Of a stretch of 44,670 nt of DNA, positions 9,900-19,903 are shown piece after piece; the stretch's first letter is position 1, and the number at the start of each line of letters is the position of its first letter. The position numbers and the translations under genes were made by a program. This DNA comes from a virus (lineage: Duplodnaviria > Caudoviricetes). The stretch covers positions 1 through 44,670 of the IMG/VR virus record IMGVR_UViG_3300038379_000471. The stretch is one strand, 5' to 3'. The notes beneath the pieces were generated by a model that saw nothing but the letters and a program-made list of their open reading frames with translations, was not told where the DNA came from and ran no database searches.

Positions 9900-10403
9900 T
9901 TGACGAAACAAGTCAAATGGCAGGCAATTCTGCCCAAGCCACTCAAAACCAAAGCGATTTTGGATGCACTCGTTGATGAAATGCATACCATTGCTGGTGA
10001 AATTGAAGATGACTTTGATAGCACGATCCGAACCTGGACGCACAAACCAGAATTTATTAACCAGTTTCAACAAGACAAAGACCGGACGGCTTTTCAGGTA
10101 GCGACAAATGATGAGATTTACCGCTATGTCAACGATGGCACCCGCGCACACCTGATTAAACCAAAACGGCGGCGTTTTCTGCGCTTTCAGGGTCACTACA
10201 CGGCAAAGACTCAACCTGGCGTCATCGGGTCTAACGCCGGGGGCGCATCGGGTACAATCATGTTTAGTCGTGGTGTAAAACACCCGGGCACAAAGGGCAG
10301 AGAATTTGCCAGCGCCATGCAGAAGAAATGGCAATCACCCTTTAAGCAACGTATGAAAAAGGCAATGGGCGTGGCGGCTAAAGTGTCGGGGCATCCAGCA
10401 TGA
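9900..10403 (+). CDS. Neck/tail completion protein (HK97 gp10-like)
   Basis: YRYVNDGTRAHLIKP...VKHPGTKGREF motif; TTG 9900 start inferred. Confidence 0.65.
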   Translation: MTKQVKWQAILPKPLKTKAILDALVDEMHTIAGEIEDDFDSTIRTWTHKPEFINQFQQDKDRTAFQVATNDEIYRYVNDGTRAHLIKPKRRRFLRFQGHYTAKTQPGVIGSNAGGASGTIMFSRGVKHPGTKGREFASAMQKKWQSPFKQRMKKAMGVAAKVSGHPA

Positions 10404-10765
10404 CCAGGCAGAGGAAACGACAAAAAGTGAATGTTAATGCGATACAAACTGAGGGCGAACTTAGCCTGATTGAATGGGTGGACGATGGGCGGTATCTTCG
10501 TTCGCTTGTTCCCTCTGCTGATGTCACGCAGGGGCAATGCGAATATCCAGAGCGCGGTTTGCCGTATGGCGCAAATTGGGCCGAATTGATCACGGCAATC
10601 GTTGAGCCAGAAGCAATTGCTAATCTTTTGCGGAAACGAAACATCTGGACAATTGAGGAGTTGTTGGCAAATCCACGCGAGGCGCAAAGCGCCATCAATG
10701 AGGCGGCCAGCGTGTTGTTGAGTAATTTGTTGAGTAATGCACGAGCGGTGCAAAAAGGAGCGTAA
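10400..10765 (+). CDS. Hypothetical protein
   Basis: Translationally coupled ORF in the tail operon. Confidence 0.6.
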   Translation: MTRQRKRQKVNVNAIQTEGELSLIEWVDDGRYLRSLVPSADVTQGQCEYPERGLPYGANWAELITAIVEPEAIANLLRKRNIWTIEELLANPREAQSAINEAASVLLSNLLSNARAVQKGA

Positions 10766-10767
10766 TT

Positions 10768-12258
10768 ATGGCAAGCGGAAACGCTGAGGCGTTAAACAGT
10801 TCCAACGGGGCGCTGTTTGTGCAACCGGACGGGCCGAACACTGAACTTGTCTACGTGGGGTGCGTGGACGTGGAGGGGCCAGAGGAGCCGGGGGGCGGTA
10901 TTAACGAGCTGCTACGTTGCTTCAATGCGACCGGTGATGGCTGGCGTACAATTTCCTATACGACCACCCCACCAGACCCGATTACGATGACGGTTACTTC
11001 CTTGATCGGTAAGAGATTATCGTATCTGGAGCAGATCAAAGGTAACCCGGCCAGCTTTTATTTGGTGCAGCGTGAATCGGGGCGGGCCGATCAATTTGAT
11101 AACTATGCGCGTATGAAGATCTTGTCAGTTGCTATTGTAGGCGACCGTGGGCATAGCAACTTGGTGATGCGTGAGGAGGACACATCGGCGCAGAAGACCT
11201 TTGCTATCTCTGCACTTCCTCCCGCGCCAGATGTTACCAAACTGGTAGCAACCCGCGTGTCCACTGCGGAAACCAATGCGCTCAACGACATTGCCTTTAT
11301 TGATGACATACGCGGCGCGTCGGAAGCCGGGCCTGCCCAGAAAGCTGGGAAGCATGGCTACATCGTTGCTGATGCGGGCACCGGCGTGACGGCCAATGTG
11401 CTCTACAGCAGCAACTACGGGGCAACCTGGGCGGCCACTGCGGCCGATCCGCTAGCGGCGGATATTCACATTCTCTCCGTGGTGGCCTTTGCCTTGTCGC
11501 CAACCATCAACCGCGTGGTGGTGGCGAAGGGTTCGACGGAGGCTGGCGCGGCGGCTAAAGTTGCGTACAGCGACAACAACGGCACGTCGTGGACAACCGT
11601 TCTGGTTGGCTCAACCAATGCCCAATTCGCCCAGAACGCCAACGCGCTCTTTGCGCTCGATCCGTTTAATATGTGGCTGGTGGTCAATGGCGGTTACATC
11701 TACAAATCTGCTGATGGTGGTGCAACCTGGACAACCCAAGAGGCGGGCATTGCGACAGCCAACACTCTGCGTGCTGTGCATTTCATGGATAACAAGATCG
11801 GCTTTGCGGCGGGTGCATCTGACACGGTATTGCGCACGATTGACGGTGGTTTTAGCTGGTCCGCCGTCACTACGCCACCGGGGAGCAGCGGCGGGATCAA
11901 CGCCGTCTTTGCGCTCAGTTCACAAAAGGCGTGGATTGGCACCGATAATGGCAAACTCTACTACACAGAGGATGGGGGCGCCACTTGGACGCGGCGTAGC
12001 TTTAGCGGAGATGGAGCCGGCGCGGTCAAACAGATTCGTTTCATTAACTCCACCATTGGCTTCATGGTGCACGATACGGCAGCGCCGGCGGGGAGGCTAT
12101 TTCGCACATTGAATGGCGGATACACGTGGGAATTGTTTAGCGTAGCCACCAACAGCGGCCTAAATGCCGCTGCCGTGCTAGATGAAAATAACGCGTTCAT
12201 GGTCGGGGAAGCCAACAGTGGAACCGGCGTCATTATCAAGGCGCAGCCGGCGCAGTAG
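10768..12258 (+). CDS. Major tail (tube) protein fused to a C-terminal Asp-box/BNR beta-propeller
   Basis: Position before chaperone and TMP; six S/T-x-D/N-x-G-x-T/S-W Asp-box motifs; AAAAGGAG RBS. Confidence 0.65.
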   Translation: MASGNAEALNSSNGALFVQPDGPNTELVYVGCVDVEGPEEPGGGINELLRCFNATGDGWRTISYTTTPPDPITMTVTSLIGKRLSYLEQIKGNPASFYLVQRESGRADQFDNYARMKILSVAIVGDRGHSNLVMREEDTSAQKTFAISALPPAPDVTKLVATRVSTAETNALNDIAFIDDIRGASEAGPAQKAGKHGYIVADAGTGVTANVLYSSNYGATWAATAADPLAADIHILSVVAFALSPTINRVVVAKGSTEAGAAAKVAYSDNNGTSWTTVLVGSTNAQFAQNANALFALDPFNMWLVVNGGYIYKSADGGATWTTQEAGIATANTLRAVHFMDNKIGFAAGASDTVLRTIDGGFSWSAVTTPPGSSGGINAVFALSSQKAWIGTDNGKLYYTEDGGATWTRRSFSGDGAGAVKQIRFINSTIGFMVHDTAAPAGRLFRTLNGGYTWELFSVATNSGLNAAAVLDENNAFMVGEANSGTGVIIKAQPAQ

Positions 12259-12335
12259 TGAACACATTGTTCCTGACAGGGTAGCGGGGCGCCTGATCCC
12301 GCCTGCGCACCCTGTTTGGATTAAAGGATCAGACA

Positions 12336-12932
12336 ATGGAAAACAACGAATTGACAACCAGCCGGGGGAAAACCCTGCGCATCAAGGCGCTTCCTTCTCT
12401 ACAGGTTCAGTTGGTAGAACAGGCAGCGCAAAAGCAAGCCGTTGCTTTGTATGGCGAGGCCAAACGCCCGACTTACACCGTCATCGTGGCAGGGGGTGAT
12501 ACGGAAACCAATCCACACGATGAAACCACACTGGAAGTAGAAGGCAACCCGGAGGAAACGGCAGCTAACAAAGCGGCCTGGGCGGAATACAAGCGCATTG
12601 GGCGTTTGCAGCAAAATCACGTGCTGGAAAAACTTAGAGATTTCTATTTTCTGCAAGGGGTAGAGGTTGATATACCGCCCGATGGGGAGTGGATGGAAGT
12701 CCAGCGCTTCTTTGGGGTTGAGATTCCAGAAGACCCCATCGGGCGGCGCTTGCATTACATTTACAGCGAGGCCCTTGGTGGCGCTGATGATGTAGAGCGC
12801 GTTATTTCCAGTATCATGGCCGCCACCGGCATAGGAACGGAGATGATCGCTGCTGCTGCGGCCAGCTTTCGCGGTACGGTACGGAGCAGACGGGACGCCG
12901 CTACGCGAACTGCCCAAAGCGAAAACGCCTAA
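12336..12932 (+). CDS. Tail assembly chaperone (gpG-like)
   Basis: Between tail tube and TMP; acidic and helical. Confidence 0.7.
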   Translation: MENNELTTSRGKTLRIKALPSLQVQLVEQAAQKQAVALYGEAKRPTYTVIVAGGDTETNPHDETTLEVEGNPEETAANKAAWAEYKRIGRLQQNHVLEKLRDFYFLQGVEVDIPPDGEWMEVQRFFGVEIPEDPIGRRLHYIYSEALGGADDVERVISSIMAATGIGTEMIAAAAASFRGTVRSRRDAATRTAQSENA

Positions 12933-13152
12933 TCCCTGGTATGTCTCCAGGCGCTTTGCTGAACTGGAGACGGCGAAGGCCTGGCACATTGCCCCTCATC
13001 GGTGGGACAGTTACCCGGAGGAAAGCAGGGCAGAAATGATAGCGTTTGAGCGGACATTAGCAGCCATGCGCGATTATGAAGAGCTGCTGCAAGAGCGCAA
13101 GCGCATGATGGAAGAGGCGAAACGAAACGTTAAAGGGATGCTGAGGGGGTGA
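12868..13152 (+). CDS. gpT-like extension reached by a probable +1 frameshift
   Basis: +1 frame open from 12847 to TGA 13150-13152 with no early ATG; AGC TTT CGC at 12864-12872. Confidence 0.6.
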   Translation, partial: FAVRYGADGTPLRELPKAKTPNPWYVSRRFAELETAKAWHIAPHRWDSYPEESRAEMIAFERTLAAMRDYEELLQERKRMMEEAKRNVKGMLRG

Positions 13153-13177
13153 GAAACAATGCCTCACCCCTTTTTTG
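13146..13177 (+). terminator. Intrinsic terminator-like hairpin before the TMP gene
   Basis: GGGGTGAG...CTCACCCC followed by a T tract. Confidence 0.55.
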
Positions 13178-13187
13178 TTGAAAGATT

Positions 13188-16100
13188 ATGGTAGAACAAA
13201 TTGGGTTAGCTGGTGCTTTTGACATCAGCGATTTTAACGAAGGATTGGCGGCGTATCAGGGGGGGCTGAATAAGGCCAGTGGTGCGACCGAAAAAACCGC
13301 AACCGGCATTGGCGGACATTTTGCCAACATGGGCAAGTCCGTGTTGGGTGCAACGCAGGTCATGGGCGTAGCGCTGGTTGGGGCGGCGGCGGCGGCTACT
13401 GCGGCGGTTGCAGCCTTTGTGGGGAGCGGAATCAGCAAGGTGGCTGACCTGGAAGCGCAGATGTCCGAGATAGCCGCTGTGCTCAACACGACCAAAGCGG
13501 CCGTCGAGCCATTGAATGATTTAGCCCTCAACCTTGGTCTTGATCCTACACTCAAGGTCAACGCGACGGAAGCCGCCAATGCGATTGAAAACCTGGCGCG
13601 CAATGGCTTGAGCATGGCGCAGATTTTGGACGGGGCGGCAAAGTCAACCGTTCTCTTGGCCAACGCGACCGGCGCAGACTTTGGGCAAGCGGCTGACATT
13701 GCGACTGATGTGATGGCACTGTTCAACATCGAGGCCGCCAACATGGACAAGGCGGTCAACGGCATTACGGCAACCACCAATGTTAGCAAGTTCACTATTG
13801 AGGACTATGCGTTGGCGTTGGCGCAAGCGGGTGGCGTTGCGGCTGGGACGGGTGTAGAGTTTGATGATTTTAACACGGCTATCGCGGCCACATCCGCAAG
13901 GTTTGCATCCGGTTCTGATGCTGGAACCAGTTTCAAAATGTTTTTGCAGCAATTGACACCAGGCACTAAACCTGCTACGGATGCCATGCGTGAACTTGGT
14001 TTATTTACTGGGCTTACCAAGGAGGAGTTTGAAAAAACCCAGGATAAGATTATGAAGTACCAAGATCAGCTTGTACGGCTTGATCCGACTAGCAAGAAGT
14101 TTGCCGAACGATCGGCGGAGTTGAACGACAAAATAAGGGTCTTACAAAGTTCTTTGGTCGAAGGCAGCAACGCTTTCTATGGCGCCGATGGCAGCATGAG
14201 AAGTATGGGCGAGATTGCGGTTATCTTGCAGGATGCAATGGGCGCGTTAACCGAAGAACAAAAAGCTGTGACGCTTGAAACGATATTTGGTTCAGACGCC
14301 AGCCGAACAGCCTTAGGATTGATGGAAAGCGGCGTGGTTATTTATGATAACGCGGCGGAGGCCGCTGCCGCGCTGGGAGTTAGCCAGGCGGAGGTCAACG
14401 GGGTTATCGAGGGCGGTGTCACCCAGTTTGAAGCGCTGCAGCTTCAGATGGGGCAGATTGATGCAGCCGAACAAGCCGCCACCAGGATGGACAATTTTAA
14501 GGGCGTGATGGAGATTCTGGGTGGCACCATCGATGCTGTTCAGACCAAGATCGGGGGCGCGTTTCTGCCAGCGCTTACGGACATTGGGAGAGCCATTAAC
14601 GATTTAATTAGCAAACACGCTGATGGAATCGTCGCTTTTTTTGAGGGAATCGCCACCGGCATTAGCGCGGTGGTGAAAGCCTTCCCTGCCATGCTCGAAG
14701 CCTTCAAAACTGCCACTACAGAAGGCGAGCTCCTCAGTACAGCCGAGTTTGGCTTGGATATGCAGACCGCGCTGATGGCCGACGCGATTGTAGATGCGGC
14801 CCTCAAGATCAACGATATGGTAACGGCGTTCATGAACGCGATTCGACCCGTCACTGACTTCATCGAACAAAACGTTGAATTAGAGGATGTGCTGATTGCG
14901 GCGGGCATTGCGATTGGTGCGGTCGTGATTCCGGCTGTCGCGGCGCTGATTGCGGCAGTAGCGCCGGTCATCCTGACCTTTGCGGGGCTGGTGTTGGCCG
15001 TGGCCGCCGTGCGCACGGCGTGGGAAAACAATTTTCTTGGCATGCGCGACATTACCCAGACTGTCACGGACGCCATATCCACGGCGTGGGACGGGCTTTC
15101 TAAATTCTTTGCGCCTATCATCGAGCGCATGAAAGAGGCGATTGGTACATTTGTGACGGAGATTGGCGGATTATCCGATGAATTCGCCGATCTGTGGAAG
15201 GCTGTTGAACCAATCTTTTCTGCCTTGTGGGAAGCCATAAAAAAGGTCGGTGAAATTTTCGCGGCGGTGGTGGGCACAGAGATTGTATTGGTGGTCAACC
15301 TTTTCATCAACACGATTGAGCATTTAGCCGATGTCATTCGGCCTATCTTGGAAGGACTGACCGCGCTCTTTGATGGATTAGGCGAGGCGTTTAGTGATTC
15401 GGTGACGGCTATCAAGAAACTATCGGAAGGAGACTTCTCCGGCGCAATGGAGTCGGCCAAGAGCGCGGCGTCTAACATGGCGGAGGGTATTCAGGGCTAT
15501 TGGACAGGCATAAAGGACGCTACGACCGAAGTGTTCAATATCATCAAGGAGACGATCATTGATACGCTCTCTGACCTGGGCATCCTGGACGCGGCTAAAA
15601 AACTTTGGGAAAACATCGTCAAGTCGGCCAAGGAGTTTTTTGGCATATCCTCACCCTCCACCGTCTTTACTGGCATTGGTGAGGACATTATGCAGGGTCT
15701 AATCGATGGCATCACCAGCCTAGTGGATTCCGCTGTCGAAACGATGACCACCTTTGCCGAAGATATGTACGATGCCGTTTTTGACATCGAATGGTTTAAA
15801 CTTGGGGAAACAGTGGTCAAGGCCATCAAAAATGGCGTGACACGTTTCGCTAATGATGTAGTGAGTGCGCTCAAGGGCATGGCCGAAGACGCGTACGACG
15901 TTGTGTTCAAGACTGACTGGTTGGGGCTGGGCGCCAACATTATCGAGGGGATTCTGCAAGGGTTGAAGGACAACGCGACCAGCTTGATTGACTACTTGAC
16001 CGGCGTTATCAAGGACTTGCTCAAGGGCATACTGGGCTTGTTGGGGATTAGCTCGCCATCGAAGGTATTTATGGAGATTGGGCGCAACATTATGATCGGG

Positions 16101-17906
16101 TGGCGCCTGGGCATGGAGCAGGAGACGGCCGGCGCAGTGGACGTTGTGCGCAGGGCAGCCCGTTCGATTTATGAGGCGGCTGGGCGGGCTGGTCGTGAGG
16201 CGCTGGGTAGATTCAGTGGGACTATCGGTGGGCTGTTGTCGGCTGCCGAGCCATATTTTGATAATCTGGGCGATCAGTTTCGGCGCGTCATTGATTTGGC
16301 CATGTATTTCCAGGGTATTGGGCGCGGCGATCTGGTCGATCAGCAAATTGAGACGGCCTCACGCATTGACAATCTACGCAAAGAATATGAGTTCCAGCGC
16401 AAACAATATGATGTGCTAAAGCAGCAAGCCGAACTGATTTCTGCCATCCGTGAGGCGGGCGGTGATCCGGCTGAAGTGCTGGCCGGAATTACGCTCGGTT
16501 CTAACGTTAATGCCGAACAAATTGTCGAAGCCATCAACCGTACAGTTTCTTATTTGTCTGCTGGTCTACAACGCACTATTCAAAATGTTTCCCAAAACAT
16601 TGACGGGTTAATCGATCAGATTGCCGCCAGACGGACAGACATTGACGCGCTGGAAGCCAGCTTCTTGCCACCAGGCGAAAAGCAGGTTGACATTTTCCGA
16701 CGTGGATTGGCCGGACTGGATGTGCAGATCGCAGAGACAGAGCAGCGCCTGCGCTCACTAGGCAACCAAGTGTTAGGCGTTGACCAGCGCGGGCCGATAA
16801 CTACCCAGCGCCTACTAAGCGACCTGACCAATCAACGCGAGAAATTGGCGCAAGACTACGGCAAATTTCTAAGTCAACGCCAAGAGGCGGAGGCGGAGCT
16901 TGCCGGTATCCTGATTCGTGGCGATAAAGGGTTTATCGATAGTTTCCGAGATACGCAAATCCAACCGTGGCTTGATTTCATGCAAGACTCGCATGTTAGC
17001 GAGCAAGGGCGCAATGTCATGCTGGAAACAATCCGGCGTCGGGTCGCGCTGGTCAACCAGTTCACGGCGTTGACGGCGCGTCTGACGGCATTGGGTGATT
17101 CGGACTTGGTGCGCAACTTTCAAGCCAATGTGATTGACCCATTGACGACGCGGCTAACAACCGGCTTCATTAACACGCCAGGCGGAGAATCTGTAGCGCA
17201 AGCCGCGATCAATAGTGTTGCGACCGGCATCACGCAACTGGAAGCAACCCTGAGTGGATTACGGCGCTTGACTGCTATCCAGCGCGATCTGTCTGGCGCG
17301 TTGGGTATCAGCCCGTTAGTCGAGCGATTCAAGAGCGAGCGCTTAGATGAGATTGAACGGCAATTACAGAACATCAACCTGAGCGAAGCAGAACGGGTGC
17401 GCCTGATCGAACAATACCGACTGGAACAAGAGAAGACTTTACGCATCCAACAGCAATCTCAACAGTTGGCCTTTCTGCAAGAGCAGCTTGATCTACTGGA
17501 GCAAGTGCGCCAACTGGATAATGAGTTTGACAGCATTGTCAGCGTTCAGGACATCTTCAAGGGCGTGACCTTTGGCCTCAACGCGTCAATGGATGACCTG
17601 ATGGCCGCAACCAGCCGTGCGGTTGAAGCCATGATCGCCGTGGCCAAGGAAAAGCTGGGCATTGCTTCCCCATCGAAAGTTTTTGCTGAGATCGGAGAAT
17701 ACATTATGCAGGGGATGGCGGGGGGGATTAACCGCGCGGCGATGCAGCCAGCCTACAGCATGGCGCAAGCGGCTAACATGATGGCGCATGGGGCGGTGAC
17801 AAACCGGTCATTCACGGCGAACTTTGGTGGGGTCACCATCGCCAACAGGATGGATGACATTTGGTTTGAGGCCAGGGTGCGACAAATTATGGAGGCGTCG
17901 GTATGA
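13188..17906 (+). CDS. Tape measure protein (TP901-family core)
   Basis: 1572 aa helical; ATEAANAIENLARNG, GSDAGTSFK and three GIxSPS motifs. Confidence 0.92.
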   Translation: MVEQIGLAGAFDISDFNEGLAAYQGGLNKASGATEKTATGIGGHFANMGKSVLGATQVMGVALVGAAAAATAAVAAFVGSGISKVADLEAQMSEIAAVLNTTKAAVEPLNDLALNLGLDPTLKVNATEAANAIENLARNGLSMAQILDGAAKSTVLLANATGADFGQAADIATDVMALFNIEAANMDKAVNGITATTNVSKFTIEDYALALAQAGGVAAGTGVEFDDFNTAIAATSARFASGSDAGTSFKMFLQQLTPGTKPATDAMRELGLFTGLTKEEFEKTQDKIMKYQDQLVRLDPTSKKFAERSAELNDKIRVLQSSLVEGSNAFYGADGSMRSMGEIAVILQDAMGALTEEQKAVTLETIFGSDASRTALGLMESGVVIYDNAAEAAAALGVSQAEVNGVIEGGVTQFEALQLQMGQIDAAEQAATRMDNFKGVMEILGGTIDAVQTKIGGAFLPALTDIGRAINDLISKHADGIVAFFEGIATGISAVVKAFPAMLEAFKTATTEGELLSTAEFGLDMQTALMADAIVDAALKINDMVTAFMNAIRPVTDFIEQNVELEDVLIAAGIAIGAVVIPAVAALIAAVAPVILTFAGLVLAVAAVRTAWENNFLGMRDITQTVTDAISTAWDGLSKFFAPIIERMKEAIGTFVTEIGGLSDEFADLWKAVEPIFSALWEAIKKVGEIFAAVVGTEIVLVVNLFINTIEHLADVIRPILEGLTALFDGLGEAFSDSVTAIKKLSEGDFSGAMESAKSAASNMAEGIQGYWTGIKDATTEVFNIIKETIIDTLSDLGILDAAKKLWENIVKSAKEFFGISSPSTVFTGIGEDIMQGLIDGITSLVDSAVETMTTFAEDMYDAVFDIEWFKLGETVVKAIKNGVTRFANDVVSALKGMAEDAYDVVFKTDWLGLGANIIEGILQGLKDNATSLIDYLTGVIKDLLKGILGLLGISSPSKVFMEIGRNIMIGWRLGMEQETAGAVDVVRRAARSIYEAAGRAGREALGRFSGTIGGLLSAAEPYFDNLGDQFRRVIDLAMYFQGIGRGDLVDQQIETASRIDNLRKEYEFQRKQYDVLKQQAELISAIREAGGDPAEVLAGITLGSNVNAEQIVEAINRTVSYLSAGLQRTIQNVSQNIDGLIDQIAARRTDIDALEASFLPPGEKQVDIFRRGLAGLDVQIAETEQRLRSLGNQVLGVDQRGPITTQRLLSDLTNQREKLAQDYGKFLSQRQEAEAELAGILIRGDKGFIDSFRDTQIQPWLDFMQDSHVSEQGRNVMLETIRRRVALVNQFTALTARLTALGDSDLVRNFQANVIDPLTTRLTTGFINTPGGESVAQAAINSVATGITQLEATLSGLRRLTAIQRDLSGALGISPLVERFKSERLDEIERQLQNINLSEAERVRLIEQYRLEQEKTLRIQQQSQQLAFLQEQLDLLEQVRQLDNEFDSIVSVQDIFKGVTFGLNASMDDLMAATSRAVEAMIAVAKEKLGIASPSKVFAEIGEYIMQGMAGGINRAAMQPAYSMAQAANMMAHGAVTNRSFTANFGGVTIANRMDDIWFEARVRQIMEASV

Positions 17907-19903
17907 GTGGTTTTGCTTTGTTGGTGCTAACGGACGGAGAGAACCGGCTTGATTTGTTATCCGCCAATCAACGCGGAGAGGGCATCGGGCTGGTGAGCGT
18001 TGTGCATGGACGGCCAAACTTAAAAGGCGGTGGCGTCTGGCACGATAACCCGGCTGCGCCCGGTAGGCATCTGGCCTTTGGCGTACGCGGCAACATCAAC
18101 GAGGCTTATACTTTGCATATCCAGCGCGCGGATGTAGACACGCTGGCGCTTGACCAGCAGTTGCTTGACATGATGGTGGACAAAGCCAATGCCTATTGGC
18201 TACATCCTCATCAAAATCAGCCGGTTTGGATTGAGGCCAGGGCGAAAGGGGAATCGGGCACGCGTTACGGCTTGATCTATTATGCTGAAATTCGCGAGTA
18301 CACAGACCCTTATCATGAGCCGTTTACGACCGGCCAAAAGCCGACCATGCAGAGTGTGTCTCTGCTGATTGAGCGCGCAACCTGGACCGCGCTTGCACCG
18401 GGTCGGGCAACGACCACGCAGATGAGCAGCAAAGCTGTTACGACGAAGACCACTTCGCCCGTCTGGCTAGGTAACCGTAACGCGGGTGCATTGATTGGCA
18501 TTTATCGTGCGCCAAGTGGAACGATCGACACCAACAATCAGATCGGCGCGTCGTTACCCTTCACGCTGTTCACTGGCAGTGTGACCACCAACAGTGCCAT
18601 TTATTTTGGAGCTAACGATCCGTTTGGCAATCTGATTTTTGACTTGAGCACGGCAACGGCCGGCGTTGATCCGGTGTGGGCATGGGAGTATTGGAATGGC
18701 AGTGCTTGGACGACGTTGGAAGGAATACTGTCGCCCTTGCACGACGGAACCGGCGGATTGACCACGTTAGGCGCTTCCGTGATCATGTGGCTTACCCCGG
18801 CCAATTGGGCGAAGAATGAACCAGCCGGTGGAATGACCACCGCCTATTGGATGCGGATTAGAGCCACGGCGGGTGGGGCAACCTCATCACCTGTACAAAG
18901 TTTGCAGCAAATCTATACAGCGTCAAGCAACTGGGCAGAGATCGCGTTATCGGACGTGAAAGGAGACATGAATGCACTGGCCATGTTGCGTTTTACGATT
19001 GCCACGATTCCCAACGATACAGAGTTCCCTGAATTTTTGGTTAACCGGCTGATTGCCGCCTTACGAGCGGTCGACCGCGGTGTAAATTTTACACCGTTTA
19101 TCAACGTGGCGACGGCAGACAATCCGAGCGGGATCACGTGCGGCGTGGTCCTGTATGGGAAAAGTAATACACCAACGATTAGTGAGTATGCCAACAGTCC
19201 GGCTGGAAGTTATCTTACGTGGATAAACACGAATGGTGATACGGAGCTCGGCGACATTTTTCAGGTTTCATTTAATTCCACCATCGGGCTAGAGTATTAT
19301 GGCAAATATCAACTGTTTGCCCGCGTGTACACTAGTACCGGTAACGCCAACTATCTGCGTTACCGACTAAACATGGGCGTTGACCTGCCGGGCCCATTAG
19401 TCTATGGGGAGCGTAAGCCGATCCCCGGTCCTGGGTTAACCGTGGTGGTTGAGCTAGGCAGTATCACATTGCCACCAACGGATATAATTGACGCCGGGGA
19501 GATGGCCGAGGGCTTCAGCATCACGTTGCAAGCGGAAGCGGCGGCCGGTTGTCAATTTACCTTACTCAATCTGATCCTTATGCCAGCCGACGAATGGATC
19601 GCCGATGTGAGTGATCCATCCACAAGCACCAGCGGATTTTATCCGAACATAACGCGTTGGGTGGACATGGATAGCATCTACAATGCGCGCAAACATATAC
19701 GTTCAATCGTGCGCAACGCGTCTAATGGCGTGATCGAAACCGTGCTCAACACGAATGCGAGCGGGGAGGCTTTTTTCTACTCTGGCGCACAACAGCGGAT
19801 TTGGTGCATGGCATTGATGAACAACCAAATGGATCACGAGTACGTCTATGGCCTGCAAGCGTACCGTGTGGAGCGGTTCCATTTCTTGCGAGGCGCAAAC
19901 TAA
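17903..19903 (+). CDS. Distal tail/baseplate protein with extra beta domains
   Basis: Directly after TMP; WEYWNGSAW...YWMRIR carbohydrate-binding-like module. Confidence 0.6.
   Translation: MSGFALLVLTDGENRLDLLSANQRGEGIGLVSVVHGRPNLKGGGVWHDNPAAPGRHLAFGVRGNINEAYTLHIQRADVDTLALDQQLLDMMVDKANAYWLHPHQNQPVWIEARAKGESGTRYGLIYYAEIREYTDPYHEPFTTGQKPTMQSVSLLIERATWTALAPGRATTTQMSSKAVTTKTTSPVWLGNRNAGALIGIYRAPSGTIDTNNQIGASLPFTLFTGSVTTNSAIYFGANDPFGNLIFDLSTATAGVDPVWAWEYWNGSAWTTLEGILSPLHDGTGGLTTLGASVIMWLTPANWAKNEPAGGMTTAYWMRIRATAGGATSSPVQSLQQIYTASSNWAEIALSDVKGDMNALAMLRFTIATIPNDTEFPEFLVNRLIAALRAVDRGVNFTPFINVATADNPSGITCGVVLYGKSNTPTISEYANSPAGSYLTWINTNGDTELGDIFQVSFNSTIGLEYYGKYQLFARVYTSTGNANYLRYRLNMGVDLPGPLVYGERKPIPGPGLTVVVELGSITLPPTDIIDAGEMAEGFSITLQAEAAAGCQFTLLNLILMPADEWIADVSDPSTSTSGFYPNITRWVDMDSIYNARKHIRSIVRNASNGVIETVLNTNASGEAFFYSGAQQRIWCMALMNNQMDHEYVYGLQAYRVERFHFLRGAN

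Noticed and set aside
13256-17789. Several minus-strand ORFs within the TMP gene
   Set aside because: Antisense shadows with no RBS or motifs
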